Shown: piece after piece, positions 1 to 9,451 of the stretch
How the letters are laid out: each line of letters begins with the position of its first letter
How positions within the stretch are numbered: the stretch's first letter is position 1
IMG/VR virus record: IMGVR_UViG_3300028025_000090
Source: a virus
Strand: one strand, 5' to 3'
Length of the DNA stretch: 64,000 bases
The notes under the pieces: model-generated
Database searches by the model: none
The model's input: the letters and a program-made list of their open reading frames with translations, nothing else
Told to the model about the DNA's origin: nothing
Position numbers and translations under genes: made by a program

Positions 1-1
1 T

Positions 2-1048
2 CACAATACTATCTAGCCTAGTTGGTTTTAAACGTAAAGAAACGACTGGGTAAAAGGTTCCTGCTGTCGCGAGAGCTTTTGGCGCAGTTATTTCCGTGCC
101 GATTGCTTGCTGTAAACCTCTTAATTCATAACCACCTTCGGAAATAACCGTACTACAAACTTGCTTTAATTTACTTGGACTTGAAGTTGCAGCTTTATTT
201 TCAATTTCATATCTAAGCGGTAATGATCCTGTTGTAATATATGTCGAATCAATTAGATTGGCATGGTGAAAGTAATGACAAGGAACGAATTGACCATTGA
301 TAACAAATCCTGTTCTCACGGTACCTAATCCGAGCCATTCGATATCTGCCCATAAAATTTGAGCCTTTGTAATATCGAGAGTAATACCAGATTTTCCTGA
401 TCCGTCTAAGCGATCTACATTCCATTGTGATTGAGGAATACGAGTAGATGAAAGTGAGCCAGATGTAATACTGCGCTCAACCATATATAAAGTAGTGTCA
501 TCCAATTCCAAGTAGATCCCATTATCAGCACCAAAATAACCAACACGTTGTCTCAGATTTGTTTTAGATGGGTTAAAGGTAAATGTATTTAAAATTTGTA
601 AGCTCTTACCAGGTTGATATGCAAACACTTTCGTGGTTTCGCGATACACTTTAGAACCGCTTAAAGAATCAACTTTTAACTCCACAAGACCTTGAGTTTG
701 AATGAATTCCGCAGAAGCAGAGGTTGTCGTGGTTCCACCTGTAAGTGTCGCCCAAAGGCTGTTATCTGTATATCTATGAGACGAGTCGAAAAGAGTTAAT
801 GGACTTGATGTTCTCGTTCTACCGAAAGCATCGCTAGCCATGTTGAAATTACCACTAAAGTTGCTTGTCGTATCATCGATATTCTTCACCAAAACAGCAT
901 ATTTTGGATATTCGACTATTTGAGGGGAACCGAAAGATGGATCTGTCATTGCCGATGTTGCTGGAAATCTAACATCATTTATGATCTCAACAAATTTTCC
1001 GCTTTCGGTATTTGCAGCGTTTGTCCATACTTTAGTATTAATTGGCAT
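2..1048 (-). CDS. Conserved T4-like phage virion structural protein (runs off the window start)
   Basis: Not in the ORF track because it has no stop in the window. I translated its start and end: ATG at 1048, MPINTKVWTNAANTESGKFVEI...DAFGRTRTSSPLTLFDSSHRY, ending ...TFYPVVSLRLKPTRLDSIV at the window edge. TAAATA lies 5 nt upstream. The DAFGR..S.P.TLFDSSHRY motif recurs in aquatic T4-like phages. Confidence 0.7.
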   Translation of the reverse strand, partial: MPINTKVWTNAANTESGKFVEIINDVRFPATSAMTDPSFGSPQIVEYPKYAVLVKNIDDTTSNFSGNFNMASDAFGRTRTSSPLTLFDSSHRYTDNSLWATLTGGTTTTSASAEFIQTQGLVELKVDSLSGSKVYRETTKVFAYQPGKSLQILNTFTFNPSKTNLRQRVGYFGADNGIYLELDDTTLYMVERSITSGSLSSTRIPQSQWNVDRLDGSGKSGITLDITKAQILWADIEWLGLGTVRTGFVINGQFVPCHYFHHANLIDSTYITTGSLPLRYEIENKAATSSPSKLKQVCSTVISEGGYELRGLQQAIGTEITAPKALATAGTFYPVVSLRLKPTRLDSIV

Positions 1049-1084
1049 ATTTATATTTAATCATTTGATGGGGTTAATATCGTA

Positions 1085-1112
1085 TTGACTTTTGCATTTC
1101 ATGGTTTATCAT
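1085..1112 (+). promoter_or_regulatory. Sigma70-type promoter of DNA polymerase
   Basis: TTGACT(1085-1090)-N16-TATCAT(1107-1112), then 6 nt to ATG 1119. Confidence 0.6.
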
Positions 1113-1118
1113 TTTTTT

Positions 1119-3644
1119 ATGTATAGGAATTGTATTTACAACAACCGTGAACGCAAGGTTTTCTTGTGGACATGGAATGAAAATGGGGAGCGTGTGAAAG
1201 AAGAACACGACTTCAAGCCATATATTCTACTGGAGGATAAAGCGGGTAAAGAGAAATCTATCTATGGAACTCCTCTTAAAAAGAAAGAATTCGCTTCTTC
1301 GTATGACAGAAATAATTTCGTAAAAGATAGTAATATCAAGCGAATCTATGAAAATCTCCCCCCATACCAACAATTCTTGATTGATAATTATTGGTCAGTT
1401 TGTGAGGATGACAATTTCTCTCAATATCCTTTAAAGGTTGCTTATCTAGACATCGAATGTCCTCATCCTGATAAGTTCCCAGAACCAGAGACAGCGGAAG
1501 CAGTGATAAATCTGATCACTGTATTCGATTCATTTTCTAAAATGTATCATGTTTTCGGTTTGAAGAATTATCACACGACAAGAGATGACGTGAAATATTA
1601 TTTTTGTAAATCAGAAGAAGATTTGCTCAAATCATTCATCAAGTATTTCAGAAAAGAGGAATTTGATGTGATTAGTGGATGGAACATAGCAGGATTTGAT
1701 ATCCCCTACCTGATCAACAGAATCACATTTGAATTGGGAGAAGAATGGGCAAAGAAATTGTCGCCAATTGAAAGGATTTATGAAAAGACAAATCCGAATG
1801 GTAAATTTGGAATGCCCACCAAAGAGTATGTGATCGAAGGAATTTCTATTTTGGATTATTATGTGATGTATATGAAATTCAGCTTAGAGAAGCGAGAATC
1901 ATACAAGTTGGATAATATCGGAGAAGTTGAATTAGGTATCAACAAAATTCAACACGAAGGTAATCTATGGGAATTGGCTAAAAAAGATTGGTATAACTAT
2001 ACTGACTATAACATTCGAGATGTGGAAATTTGTGTTAAATTGGACGAGAAAAAGGGATATATCAATCTTCTTCGATTCCTTGCATACACAGGATTATGTG
2101 ATTTAGAAAATGCCATCAAAACCGTTCCACCAATGAACGGTGCTATCGCTATTCGTGCGCGTATGCGCAACGAGTATATTCCAACTTTCATTCGACCTGT
2201 TACTGATTATAAAGCACCTGGAGGTTATGTGGCAGAACCAAGAGTGGGATTTGCTGAAAATATCGTGTCATTCGATGCTAACTCTCTGTATCCATCAGTC
2301 ATGATCTCTCTTAATTTATCTCCTGAAACCAAAATTGGTAGAGTTGAGAAGGATGGTGATAAAGTGAAAATCCATCATGTATCAGGAAGACTATTTGATA
2401 TGACTAAAGAGAACTTTAAGAAGTTCATGGATGAAGAAAAGGCAGCTTTAACCAAAGCTGGATTTCTATTTTCTCAAAAGAAACGTGGTCTTGTTCCTGA
2501 GTTCTTGGATAACTTGTATTCCAAACGTAAAGAAATGAAGAATAAGATGTTGGAGTCTCGTAAGAAAGGGGATAAAGAAGGAGAACAGAAATTTGATAGT
2601 ATTCAATATGCCTACAAAATTCACCTCAACTCTCTTTATGGGTACATGCTCAATAAATACGCTCCTCTTGGTGATGAAGATATCGGGGCATCTGTGACAT
2701 TGACAGGTCAGGCAGTTATTAAGAAAAGTAATGATTTGTTCATGGATTACCTATCACAGTATTTCGACAATAAAGAAGAGATTGAAAAATCTTTGATATA
2801 TAATGATACTGATAGCTTCTACACTTCTTTGAAGATATTTGAAAAAATTGGATACGAACTAAAAGATGGAGACAAAGTTTCCGATAAATTTTATGGTTTG
2901 TGTCAAGATGTTGAAGACTTCGTGAATGAAGGAATCGCGAAATGGGCTAAACAGAATTTGAAAAGTATTGATCCGAGATTCGTGTTCAAGAGAGAGAGTA
3001 TCTGTGACAGTGGTATTTTCATTGGTAAAAAATATTACGCTCTTCATAAATTGGATGAGGAGGGTGTCGTGATGAATAAATTCAAATATATTGGAGTTGA
3101 TGTTGTGAAAACCACAATGCCTAAAAAGGTCAAACCATATGTCAAGAAAGTCATCGAACACATGATCATGACTCAATCCTTGAAAGAAACCAATGATTTG
3201 TTCAATGAAGCATACGAAGAATTTAAGAAATTGCCTATCACAGATATTGCAAAGATCTCTGGTATGAACAATTACTCGGAATATTCAGCTAGATGTAATG
3301 GAATGAATACCGTGAAAGGGATGCCGAGTCATCTAAAAGCCGCTTATTATCATGATCTAATTGTCGGACAGAACGAATGGTCTTCCAAATATGATAAATT
3401 TAAAACAGGAGATAAAGTTCGTATGGTATATGTCAAGAAACCCAATAAATATAATTTGGACATGATCGGTTTCAAAGGAGATTGGCCCGAAGAATTTAAT
3501 AATATTTTCGTGGTTGATTATGAGAAAATGTTTAGCAAGATATTCCATGCCGCAATCGAGAGATTCTATGAAGCAGTCGGATGGAAACTCAGAAAACCAT
3601 CGGAAAATCTTACAGTGGAATTGGAAGATTTGTTTGGATTGTAA
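1119..3644 (+). CDS. gp43: Family B DNA polymerase (T4 gp43-like)
   Basis: Exonuclease motifs LDIEC, GWNIAGFDIPY, YNIRDV; polymerase motifs FDANSLYPS, KIHLNSLYG, YNDTDS, KKYYA, GVDVVK. Start placed at ATG 1119 (MYRNCIY) rather than TTG 1092. Confidence 0.97.
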   Translation: MYRNCIYNNRERKVFLWTWNENGERVKEEHDFKPYILLEDKAGKEKSIYGTPLKKKEFASSYDRNNFVKDSNIKRIYENLPPYQQFLIDNYWSVCEDDNFSQYPLKVAYLDIECPHPDKFPEPETAEAVINLITVFDSFSKMYHVFGLKNYHTTRDDVKYYFCKSEEDLLKSFIKYFRKEEFDVISGWNIAGFDIPYLINRITFELGEEWAKKLSPIERIYEKTNPNGKFGMPTKEYVIEGISILDYYVMYMKFSLEKRESYKLDNIGEVELGINKIQHEGNLWELAKKDWYNYTDYNIRDVEICVKLDEKKGYINLLRFLAYTGLCDLENAIKTVPPMNGAIAIRARMRNEYIPTFIRPVTDYKAPGGYVAEPRVGFAENIVSFDANSLYPSVMISLNLSPETKIGRVEKDGDKVKIHHVSGRLFDMTKENFKKFMDEEKAALTKAGFLFSQKKRGLVPEFLDNLYSKRKEMKNKMLESRKKGDKEGEQKFDSIQYAYKIHLNSLYGYMLNKYAPLGDEDIGASVTLTGQAVIKKSNDLFMDYLSQYFDNKEEIEKSLIYNDTDSFYTSLKIFEKIGYELKDGDKVSDKFYGLCQDVEDFVNEGIAKWAKQNLKSIDPRFVFKRESICDSGIFIGKKYYALHKLDEEGVVMNKFKYIGVDVVKTTMPKKVKPYVKKVIEHMIMTQSLKETNDLFNEAYEEFKKLPITDIAKISGMNNYSEYSARCNGMNTVKGMPSHLKAAYYHDLIVGQNEWSSKYDKFKTGDKVRMVYVKKPNKYNLDMIGFKGDWPEEFNNIFVVDYEKMFSKIFHAAIERFYEAVGWKLRKPSENLTVELEDLFGL

Positions 3645-3662
3645 TATCTATTAAATAATAAT

Positions 3663-4028
3663 ATGCAATTTACGATTTTATTTGAAAAACTTTTAAACGA
3701 ACTTGTTGATACTCTTTTTCCAACCTTCGTGACAAAAAGAGCAGAAGGAGCGAAAAAAATAGAAGAATCCGCAAGGAAAAAAGGTTCTTTTGCTATCTTA
3801 ACTGCTTACCACTTTGCTGGTAAGGTGAAACCATATGCTGATGCTTTGCGAAAAGCTAAGAAAGATGATAAAGAATCCCATCTCAAAGCAAAATATAAAG
3901 AAGCTTATGCTAAACTTAAAAATTTGGATTCTCTTTCACAAAAAGAATTTCAAATGATCACAGGAACTCTTGAAGCATATGGTGAAGTCTACATTCAAGC
4001 GAAACATCCAAAAGATTATTCGAAATAA
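3663..4028 (+). CDS. Hypothetical late protein (possible head-internal protein)
   Basis: 121 aa; TAAATA-N5-ATG; N-terminus MQFTILFEKLLNE. Confidence 0.6.
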   Translation: MQFTILFEKLLNELVDTLFPTFVTKRAEGAKKIEESARKKGSFAILTAYHFAGKVKPYADALRKAKKDDKESHLKAKYKEAYAKLKNLDSLSQKEFQMITGTLEAYGEVYIQAKHPKDYSK

Positions 4029-4097
4029 TACTTGCATTCCCCTGTAACTAGGGTATATATTCTTATCAGGCACAACACCCTGATTTTACACAAACAT

Positions 4098-4337
4098 ATG
4101 AACACAAGCAAAAACGCATACGAGATAAGGCTCGATATATTGAGCATAGCACATGGTGATTTAATGACAGTTTTCCACGAGAAGCTGCATAACGCCAAAA
4201 AGAGAATGGTCGGCAACCAAGACGATAGTTGGGTAGAAGATAAAATTGATGACAAAGTTATCAGTGATTTGCTTCCAACTTCGGAAGAAATTATTAAACG
4301 CGCTAAAGAATTATACGCATTTGTAGAGAATGCATAA
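4098..4337 (+). CDS. Conserved hypothetical phage protein
   Basis: In-frame ATG at 4098; NAYEIRLDILSIA...PTSEEIIKRAKELYAFV pattern common in T4-like phages. Confidence 0.65.
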   Translation: MNTSKNAYEIRLDILSIAHGDLMTVFHEKLHNAKKRMVGNQDDSWVEDKIDDKVISDLLPTSEEIIKRAKELYAFVENA

Positions 4338-4345
4338 AAATTGGT

Positions 4346-4413
4346 GATAGGTCGCGCCTATCTGATCTGGAATAAGCAGGAGGAAGTCCAGCGAGAATGA
4401 TGATAAACCCTGC
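4346..4413 (+). ncRNA. Putative structured intergenic RNA (hairpin plus H-type pseudoknot)
   Basis: GATAGG/CCTATC hairpin; CTGGA(4367-4371)/TCCAG(4387-4391) stem whose loop GCAGG(4376-4380) complements CCTGC(4409-4413); GC-rich for an intergenic gap. Confidence 0.3.
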
Positions 4414-4428
4414 ACAAATTTATTAATT

Positions 4429-4680
4429 ATGACAATACAAGAAGCATATGTGAAGGGGTTGAATGATGCAGAGAATCGAATTATTGAAAATTTTATCAAT
4501 CTATTGAATGATAAAGAATATGATGTAGCATTCCCCAATCCAAATTTGGAAATCGTTCGTAAAGTAATCAAAGAGCGATCTGATTATTTCTTTAAGATGG
4601 CAGAAGGAAAACACGGGGTGGCATTAGGATTCCAGAAAAAATTACAAAACAACAAATTAGAACTTGAAAAAGCAAAATAA
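4429..4680 (+). CDS. Hypothetical protein
   Basis: 83 aa ORF co-oriented with neighbours. Confidence 0.55.
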   Translation: MTIQEAYVKGLNDAENRIIENFINLLNDKEYDVAFPNPNLEIVRKVIKERSDYFFKMAEGKHGVALGFQKKLQNNKLELEKAK

Positions 4681-4701
4681 TCCATTAAAATAAAACAGTA
4701 T

Positions 4702-5055
4702 ATGAAAGAACAAAAACACGTAGCAATCATTGATCAAATCGGACGTAACATCATCGGTAAACTCGTAGGTGAAACGGAAACCACACTGACACTTAACAAT
4801 CCAGTCATTCTATTCGTTCAACCAGAACAAACAGGACAGATTCAAGTTCAGAGCTTTCCAGTATTCTTCTTCGAGTTCATCAACAAGGAATTTCGTGATC
4901 AGAATAACTGGACATTTAACAAATCTAATATCGTAACGAGTGATGTGATTTTGGATGATAGAATTTTGCTTCAATATGAGAAGATTAATACTCCTCCCGT
5001 TGAACAAAATGCTCCGACATCTTCACCTAAAGTTATTTCGATTAACGATCTATAA
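4702..5055 (+). CDS. Hypothetical protein, possible Sm-like beta-barrel
   Basis: 117 aa, beta-rich pattern (IIGKLVGETETTLTLNNPVILFVQP); upstream TTGAAA(4664)-N16-TAAAAT(4686). Confidence 0.55.
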   Translation: MKEQKHVAIIDQIGRNIIGKLVGETETTLTLNNPVILFVQPEQTGQIQVQSFPVFFFEFINKEFRDQNNWTFNKSNIVTSDVILDDRILLQYEKINTPPVEQNAPTSSPKVISINDL

Positions 5056-5056
5056 T

Positions 5057-5329
5057 ATGTCACCAGAACAATTTACATATTGGTTGAGGGGATTTTTCGA
5101 AATCTCTGATACCAATAATTTGAGCGAGAAACAAGTTCAGATCATTCGTGATCATTTGAATTTGGTTTTCAACAAAGTGACACCTGATAGAAAAGATGAG
5201 AATATTGGATATAAACTTTTAGATACAAGATTTACTGGTACGAACAATAATCCATTATGTAAGCAAGAGATTGATTGGAGGGACAATCCCAACTTTAAAC
5301 AAATAAAAGAAGAAACAAAATACTGTTAA
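5057..5329 (+). CDS. Conserved hypothetical phage protein
   Basis: MSPEQFTYWLRGFFE...QVQIIRDHLNLVFNKVTP, a common phage motif; ATG 5057 directly follows the previous stop. Confidence 0.65.
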   Translation: MSPEQFTYWLRGFFEISDTNNLSEKQVQIIRDHLNLVFNKVTPDRKDENIGYKLLDTRFTGTNNNPLCKQEIDWRDNPNFKQIKEETKYC

Positions 5330-5332
5330 ATT

Positions 5333-6457
5333 ATGTCAAAAGATATTGATAAAGATATTTTAGCGTCTTTGAACGCTTTGGACGATGTAGTTCCATACTC
5401 AGCATATCTGAGTGATTCCACTCTTTCCAGTGTAAATGACTGGATTGATACGGGGAGTATGGTTCTCAATGCTCTGATTTCTGGCTCGTTGTATGGTGGT
5501 ATTCCAAATGGACGCATCACACAATTAGCAGGACCATCAGGTGCATTTAAAACGGGACTTGTAATGCAAATTCTGGCAAATGCACAGAAGAAAGGTATGA
5601 TTCCTGTCATCTTCGATACTGAGGGTGCAATTGATCCTGAATCTGCTGCTAAATTTGGTTTGGATATTACCAAAGTCAAATATGTTGGATGTGAATCTGT
5701 TGAGCAAACCAGAAATGCGATTTATAAATTCCTGAAGAATGTTCGGGAGAAGAAACAATTCGGTAAATTTATTATCGCTATTGATTCTCTTGCGAATTTA
5801 AACTCAGAAATGGAACTGACCCGTATGGATAAGGATTCTATGTCTGCTGATATGGGAACATTTGCAAAATCTGTTAAGAGTTTGTTGAAGACATGCACAA
5901 ACATGTCAACTCTCACTAAGACTCCTATTCTGATTACTAATCATGTCTATGACGATCCGAGTGCAATGTATCCATCTTTGGAGAAGAATATGCCAGGTGG
6001 TAAAGCAGCGGTGTATCTTCCCTCTGTCACCATTCAACTCGCAAGAAAATTGGTAAAAGATGCTGATAACAAACAAGTCAATGATAAATTGGCTGCATCA
6101 CAGAAGAATTATTCAGGTGTTGTTATCCGTGCTTTGACAGTTAAAAACCGCTTCATCAAGCAATATCTTGAAGGTGAGTTCTATCTGTCCTTTAGTAAAG
6201 GGTTGGACAAGTATTATGGTTTGCTTGACATCATGAAAGGTATGGGAGTAGTCGATAACTCAGGTTCTTCTTATACCGATTGGACAGGAGAGAAACTTGG
6301 ATACTATAAAGTATGGAGTAAAGACATTGATCTCTGGGAAAATAAATTTCTCCCAGAACTTGAGAAGCGAATCAAAGAGCATTGGGCTTATGGCTCATCT
6401 CCTGATGATGATAATTTGATTGAATTGGAAGAAGACGAGGATACCAATGCAGATTGA
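5333..6457 (+). CDS. uvsX: RecA-like recombinase UvsX
   Basis: DTGSMVLNALISGSLYGGIPNGRITQLAGPSGAFKT (Walker A), FDTEGA, IAIDSLANL, NHVY, GGKAAVY, KNRF. Confidence 0.95.
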   Translation: MSKDIDKDILASLNALDDVVPYSAYLSDSTLSSVNDWIDTGSMVLNALISGSLYGGIPNGRITQLAGPSGAFKTGLVMQILANAQKKGMIPVIFDTEGAIDPESAAKFGLDITKVKYVGCESVEQTRNAIYKFLKNVREKKQFGKFIIAIDSLANLNSEMELTRMDKDSMSADMGTFAKSVKSLLKTCTNMSTLTKTPILITNHVYDDPSAMYPSLEKNMPGGKAAVYLPSVTIQLARKLVKDADNKQVNDKLAASQKNYSGVVIRALTVKNRFIKQYLEGEFYLSFSKGLDKYYGLLDIMKGMGVVDNSGSSYTDWTGEKLGYYKVWSKDIDLWENKFLPELEKRIKEHWAYGSSPDDDNLIELEEDEDTNAD

Positions 6458-7217
6458 AAAAGGTATTCATCTGTTTCATGGTGATTGCTTGGAAGTTCTA
6501 AAAAAGCTTCCAAGCAATTCTGTTGATTTGATTTTGGCTGACCCTCCATATGAGAAAATGAAGTATGCGGTTTCGTGGGATTCAATCATTGATCTGGATC
6601 AAATGTGGGGGGAATTGAGACGAGTTAGGAAAGACAAAACTCCTACCGTATTATTTTCACAGCAACCATTTACTTCTAAGCTGATACTATCGAATTTGGA
6701 AGAATATAAATGTGAATGGATTTGGGATAAACACATTTCACGAGGAATGCAAACAGCCAAGTACAAACCCATGGTAAGACATGAAAATATTTTAGTATTT
6801 GGAAATTCCAATTTAAATTATTATCCGATGATGGTTGAGCGTGATAAACCCATTAAACGAAAATTATATAAAAAGGATAATACGTATTTTATTGGGAAAA
6901 ATGATGGGGAATATCGAGAATATACCCATAAAAATCCTGAAACCATTCTGGAAGGATTTTGGGAAAAAAACAAAGGTAAGATCCATCCAACCCAAAAACC
7001 TGTAAAATTATTGGAATATCTAATTAACACATATTCCAATGAAGGAGAATTGATATTGGATTTTTGTTATGGTTCCAACTCATGCGGCATCGCAGCTTCC
7101 AATACCAATAGAAAATATATTGGTATTGAAAAAGATGTGAAATTCTATGAAGCTGGTAGAGATCGGTTGATCAACCATTTAAACTCAACCAGTGGTGATA
7201 ATTCACTGGTTTCTTAA
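6447..7217 (+). CDS. DNA N6-adenine/N4-cytosine methyltransferase (beta class)
   Basis: GDCLEVLKKLPSNSVDLILADPPY; HPTQKPVKLLEYLI; motif I variant LDFCYGSNSCG; ATG 6447 overlaps the uvsX end. Confidence 0.88.
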   Translation: MQIEKGIHLFHGDCLEVLKKLPSNSVDLILADPPYEKMKYAVSWDSIIDLDQMWGELRRVRKDKTPTVLFSQQPFTSKLILSNLEEYKCEWIWDKHISRGMQTAKYKPMVRHENILVFGNSNLNYYPMMVERDKPIKRKLYKKDNTYFIGKNDGEYREYTHKNPETILEGFWEKNKGKIHPTQKPVKLLEYLINTYSNEGELILDFCYGSNSCGIAASNTNRKYIGIEKDVKFYEAGRDRLINHLNSTSGDNSLVS

Positions 7218-8583
7218 ATCCGCGATCTTTAAACTCGCCAATATTGTTTAGGTGGCTATCTTTTTTGACTTGTTCAGAGAAATACCCCATAACACCTGTC
7301 TCTTCTTCCTCGTTCTTCTGTTTGCGAGGTTTTTTTGGTTTTTGTGTTGGGCTTTCTTTTTCTTTGGCGTAAAATGCGTCATCAGAAGCTTTTCTAACAT
7401 CAGAAAAATTATCGGATGTGTCAATCTCTGCCGAACTAAATCCTGCTGCTTTTCTACCAGCAGAGATTTCTTGTTTTTCCAAAGCATCGGAAGATTTTAT
7501 CAATTCTTTCCATTTGAGAACAATTTCAATTTCTGGCTCAGTTATAATACCTTTGCTTGCCACACTGTTTAGAAAATTTGGAGTATAAATGTCGAGAATA
7601 TCTTCAACGGCTTTTCGCTTGTCATCTATCATCTCTTCGGAAACTCCTCTTGTTTCACGCGATTCCAGATCATTTTCATATTCATCCGCAATATATTCGC
7701 TCATTTCTGAAGGAAATTTGTTAATGAAGGCATCATAAAGTTTCTCCTTGGAGACTGGTTTATTGTTCGATAATCTATCTTCCAAAGTTTTGATGATCAT
7801 ACCCAATCCCTTAACATCTACGTTGTAATATTCGACTAATTCTTGATCGTCTCGCAAACCTATCAAAGTTTCAATAAACGTATCCAAAGGTATTAAATCC
7901 TCGGAAATTTTTTTATTACCATCATCAATCACGATTCTTTCTTTGTTTCGTAATGCTTGTATTGTTCCTGAAGGTAGTAAAGTTCTGCTTCTTCTATTTA
8001 TTTTGGTAATAATTGGCCAAACCTCCCCCTTCATGGTTGCAAAATCATTAGCAGACATGGAATATTTTGTTTCGATACGGGTAGCATATCCCTTCGCCCT
8101 GTTTTTAAACTCTAATCTATCTTCGAGTTTCTGTTTATATTCTTCAATATATTCAGGACTCGTTACTTCATTGAAGAATTTTTCAGAAGTCGCGAGGTCA
8201 GGTTTTTTATTCGCTAAGTATGAAACGATCCACTTGGAACGCTTATTACTATCATTTGATCCCGTCCCGATGAAATCGAGATAATCTTCCTGTAATTCGG
8301 GAGATTTTTCCCATAACTTTGCGATGTATTGATTGACACTTGTATATTGAAAAGTTGTTTTGTAAATTTTCTCGTATAATGCTTCCGTCACATAATCGTT
8401 CAATAATTTGACATTTGCTGGAACTTTCCACTTTTCAAATAGTTTTTTTCCTATTTCTGGTCGTATCACATTGACAAAGTTTGCGACCTTTTCATTTTTT
8501 TCTGGTCTTGTTGAAGATGTTTTAGCCATTTCAGACAAAACCTGTACCTTTTCTACCAAATAATCGAATCCGTAATTTCTCAT
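7171..8583 (-). CDS. Hypothetical late protein (possible head-internal protein)
   Basis: 470 aa; TAAGTA-N5-ATG; N-terminus MRNYGFDYLVEKVQVLSEM. Confidence 0.65.
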   Translation of the reverse strand: MRNYGFDYLVEKVQVLSEMAKTSSTRPEKNEKVANFVNVIRPEIGKKLFEKWKVPANVKLLNDYVTEALYEKIYKTTFQYTSVNQYIAKLWEKSPELQEDYLDFIGTGSNDSNKRSKWIVSYLANKKPDLATSEKFFNEVTSPEYIEEYKQKLEDRLEFKNRAKGYATRIETKYSMSANDFATMKGEVWPIITKINRRSRTLLPSGTIQALRNKERIVIDDGNKKISEDLIPLDTFIETLIGLRDDQELVEYYNVDVKGLGMIIKTLEDRLSNNKPVSKEKLYDAFINKFPSEMSEYIADEYENDLESRETRGVSEEMIDDKRKAVEDILDIYTPNFLNSVASKGIITEPEIEIVLKWKELIKSSDALEKQEISAGRKAAGFSSAEIDTSDNFSDVRKASDDAFYAKEKESPTQKPKKPRKQKNEEEETGVMGYFSEQVKKDSHLNNIGEFKDRGFKKPVNYHHWLSLNG

Positions 8584-8591
8584 AATTATAC

Positions 8592-8747
8592 TTAGTAATC
8601 TCTTGTAATTTCTCTGTCGAATTCGGCAGATAATTTCTTCAAAAGTCCTTGTCGTCTGTTTCCATATTCATTTCGATCAAGATATTGTTTGATTAGATCA
8701 CGATCCAACATTTTGGATTTGAGGTCTTTTAAATTTATTTTTACCAT
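8592..8747 (-). CDS. Small hypothetical protein
   Basis: MVKINLKDLKSK...; likely start ATG 8747 within ORF 8592..8780. Confidence 0.4.
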   Translation of the reverse strand: MVKINLKDLKSKMLDRDLIKQYLDRNEYGNRRQGLLKKLSAEFDREITRDY

Positions 8748-8760
8748 ATTATTTAATAAA

Positions 8761-8788
8761 TTGACTTCCCGATAAGACATGTTAAGGT
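8761..8788 (+). promoter_or_regulatory. Sigma70-type promoter of the GT-helicase operon
   Basis: TTGACT-N16-TAAGGT with extended -10 TG, 6 nt before ATG 8795. Confidence 0.55.
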
Positions 8789-8794
8789 AATTTT

Positions 8795-9451
8795 ATGTCA
8801 AATTCTAATATTTGTATCTTCACCGCGACCAAAGGCAATAATTGGCACTTTCCCCTAGCTAAAACAGCTTTGGATTTGGATTTGGATCATTTTATTCGCC
8901 CAAAGTTCAACAATCGCCAAGGACTCGCCAAGGTTTATAATGAATTCCTAGACATAGCCATCAAGGAGAAATTTGATTATGTGATGTTCATCCACGATGA
9001 CGTTCATCTGGAACATGATCCTCGACCAAAGCTGGAGAAACTATTTCAGGAATTCGATATTGTGGGCGTAGCAGGGTGTTCTCAAGCAGAAATCAAGTCT
9101 CCTGCACTATGGCATCTAATGGGGCAAGGACACCTACACGGTGCAGTAGCACACAAGCACGGTGATAAAAAATATATGACAAGCTTTGGTGCTTATCCAC
9201 AAAGAGTGGTGATGATCGATGGCGTTTTCATGGCATTTAATCGGAAAGCGATTGAAACTGTGCGGTTTGATGAGGATTGTCCATCAGGTTTCCACTTCTA
9301 TGATCTTTGTATGCAACAAAAAGCTTTAGAAAAAGGCTTGAAAATTGGTGTGGGGGATGTTATCATTACTCACGAATCTCCAGGGTTACGAGAATTTACT
9401 GAGGATTGGAAAGCTGGTGAGAAATATTATTTGGAGGTATACGGAAAATAA
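8795..9451 (+). CDS. Glycosyltransferase-like protein (GT-A fold, Glyco_tranf_2_5 type)
   Basis: GLAKVYNEFL, FIHDDV (DxD-like), DIVGVAG, IDGVFMA, FHFYDLC, HESPG. Confidence 0.8.
   Translation: MSNSNICIFTATKGNNWHFPLAKTALDLDLDHFIRPKFNNRQGLAKVYNEFLDIAIKEKFDYVMFIHDDVHLEHDPRPKLEKLFQEFDIVGVAGCSQAEIKSPALWHLMGQGHLHGAVAHKHGDKKYMTSFGAYPQRVVMIDGVFMAFNRKAIETVRFDEDCPSGFHFYDLCMQQKALEKGLKIGVGDVIITHESPGLREFTEDWKAGEKYYLEVYGK

Noticed and set aside
4378-4392. RNase P RNA (GGAGGAAGTCC resembles the conserved GAGGAAAGUCC)
   Set aside because: One-base mismatch, the gap is only ~90 nt, and no matching 3' conserved region is found; also no convincing SRP or SAM-II match
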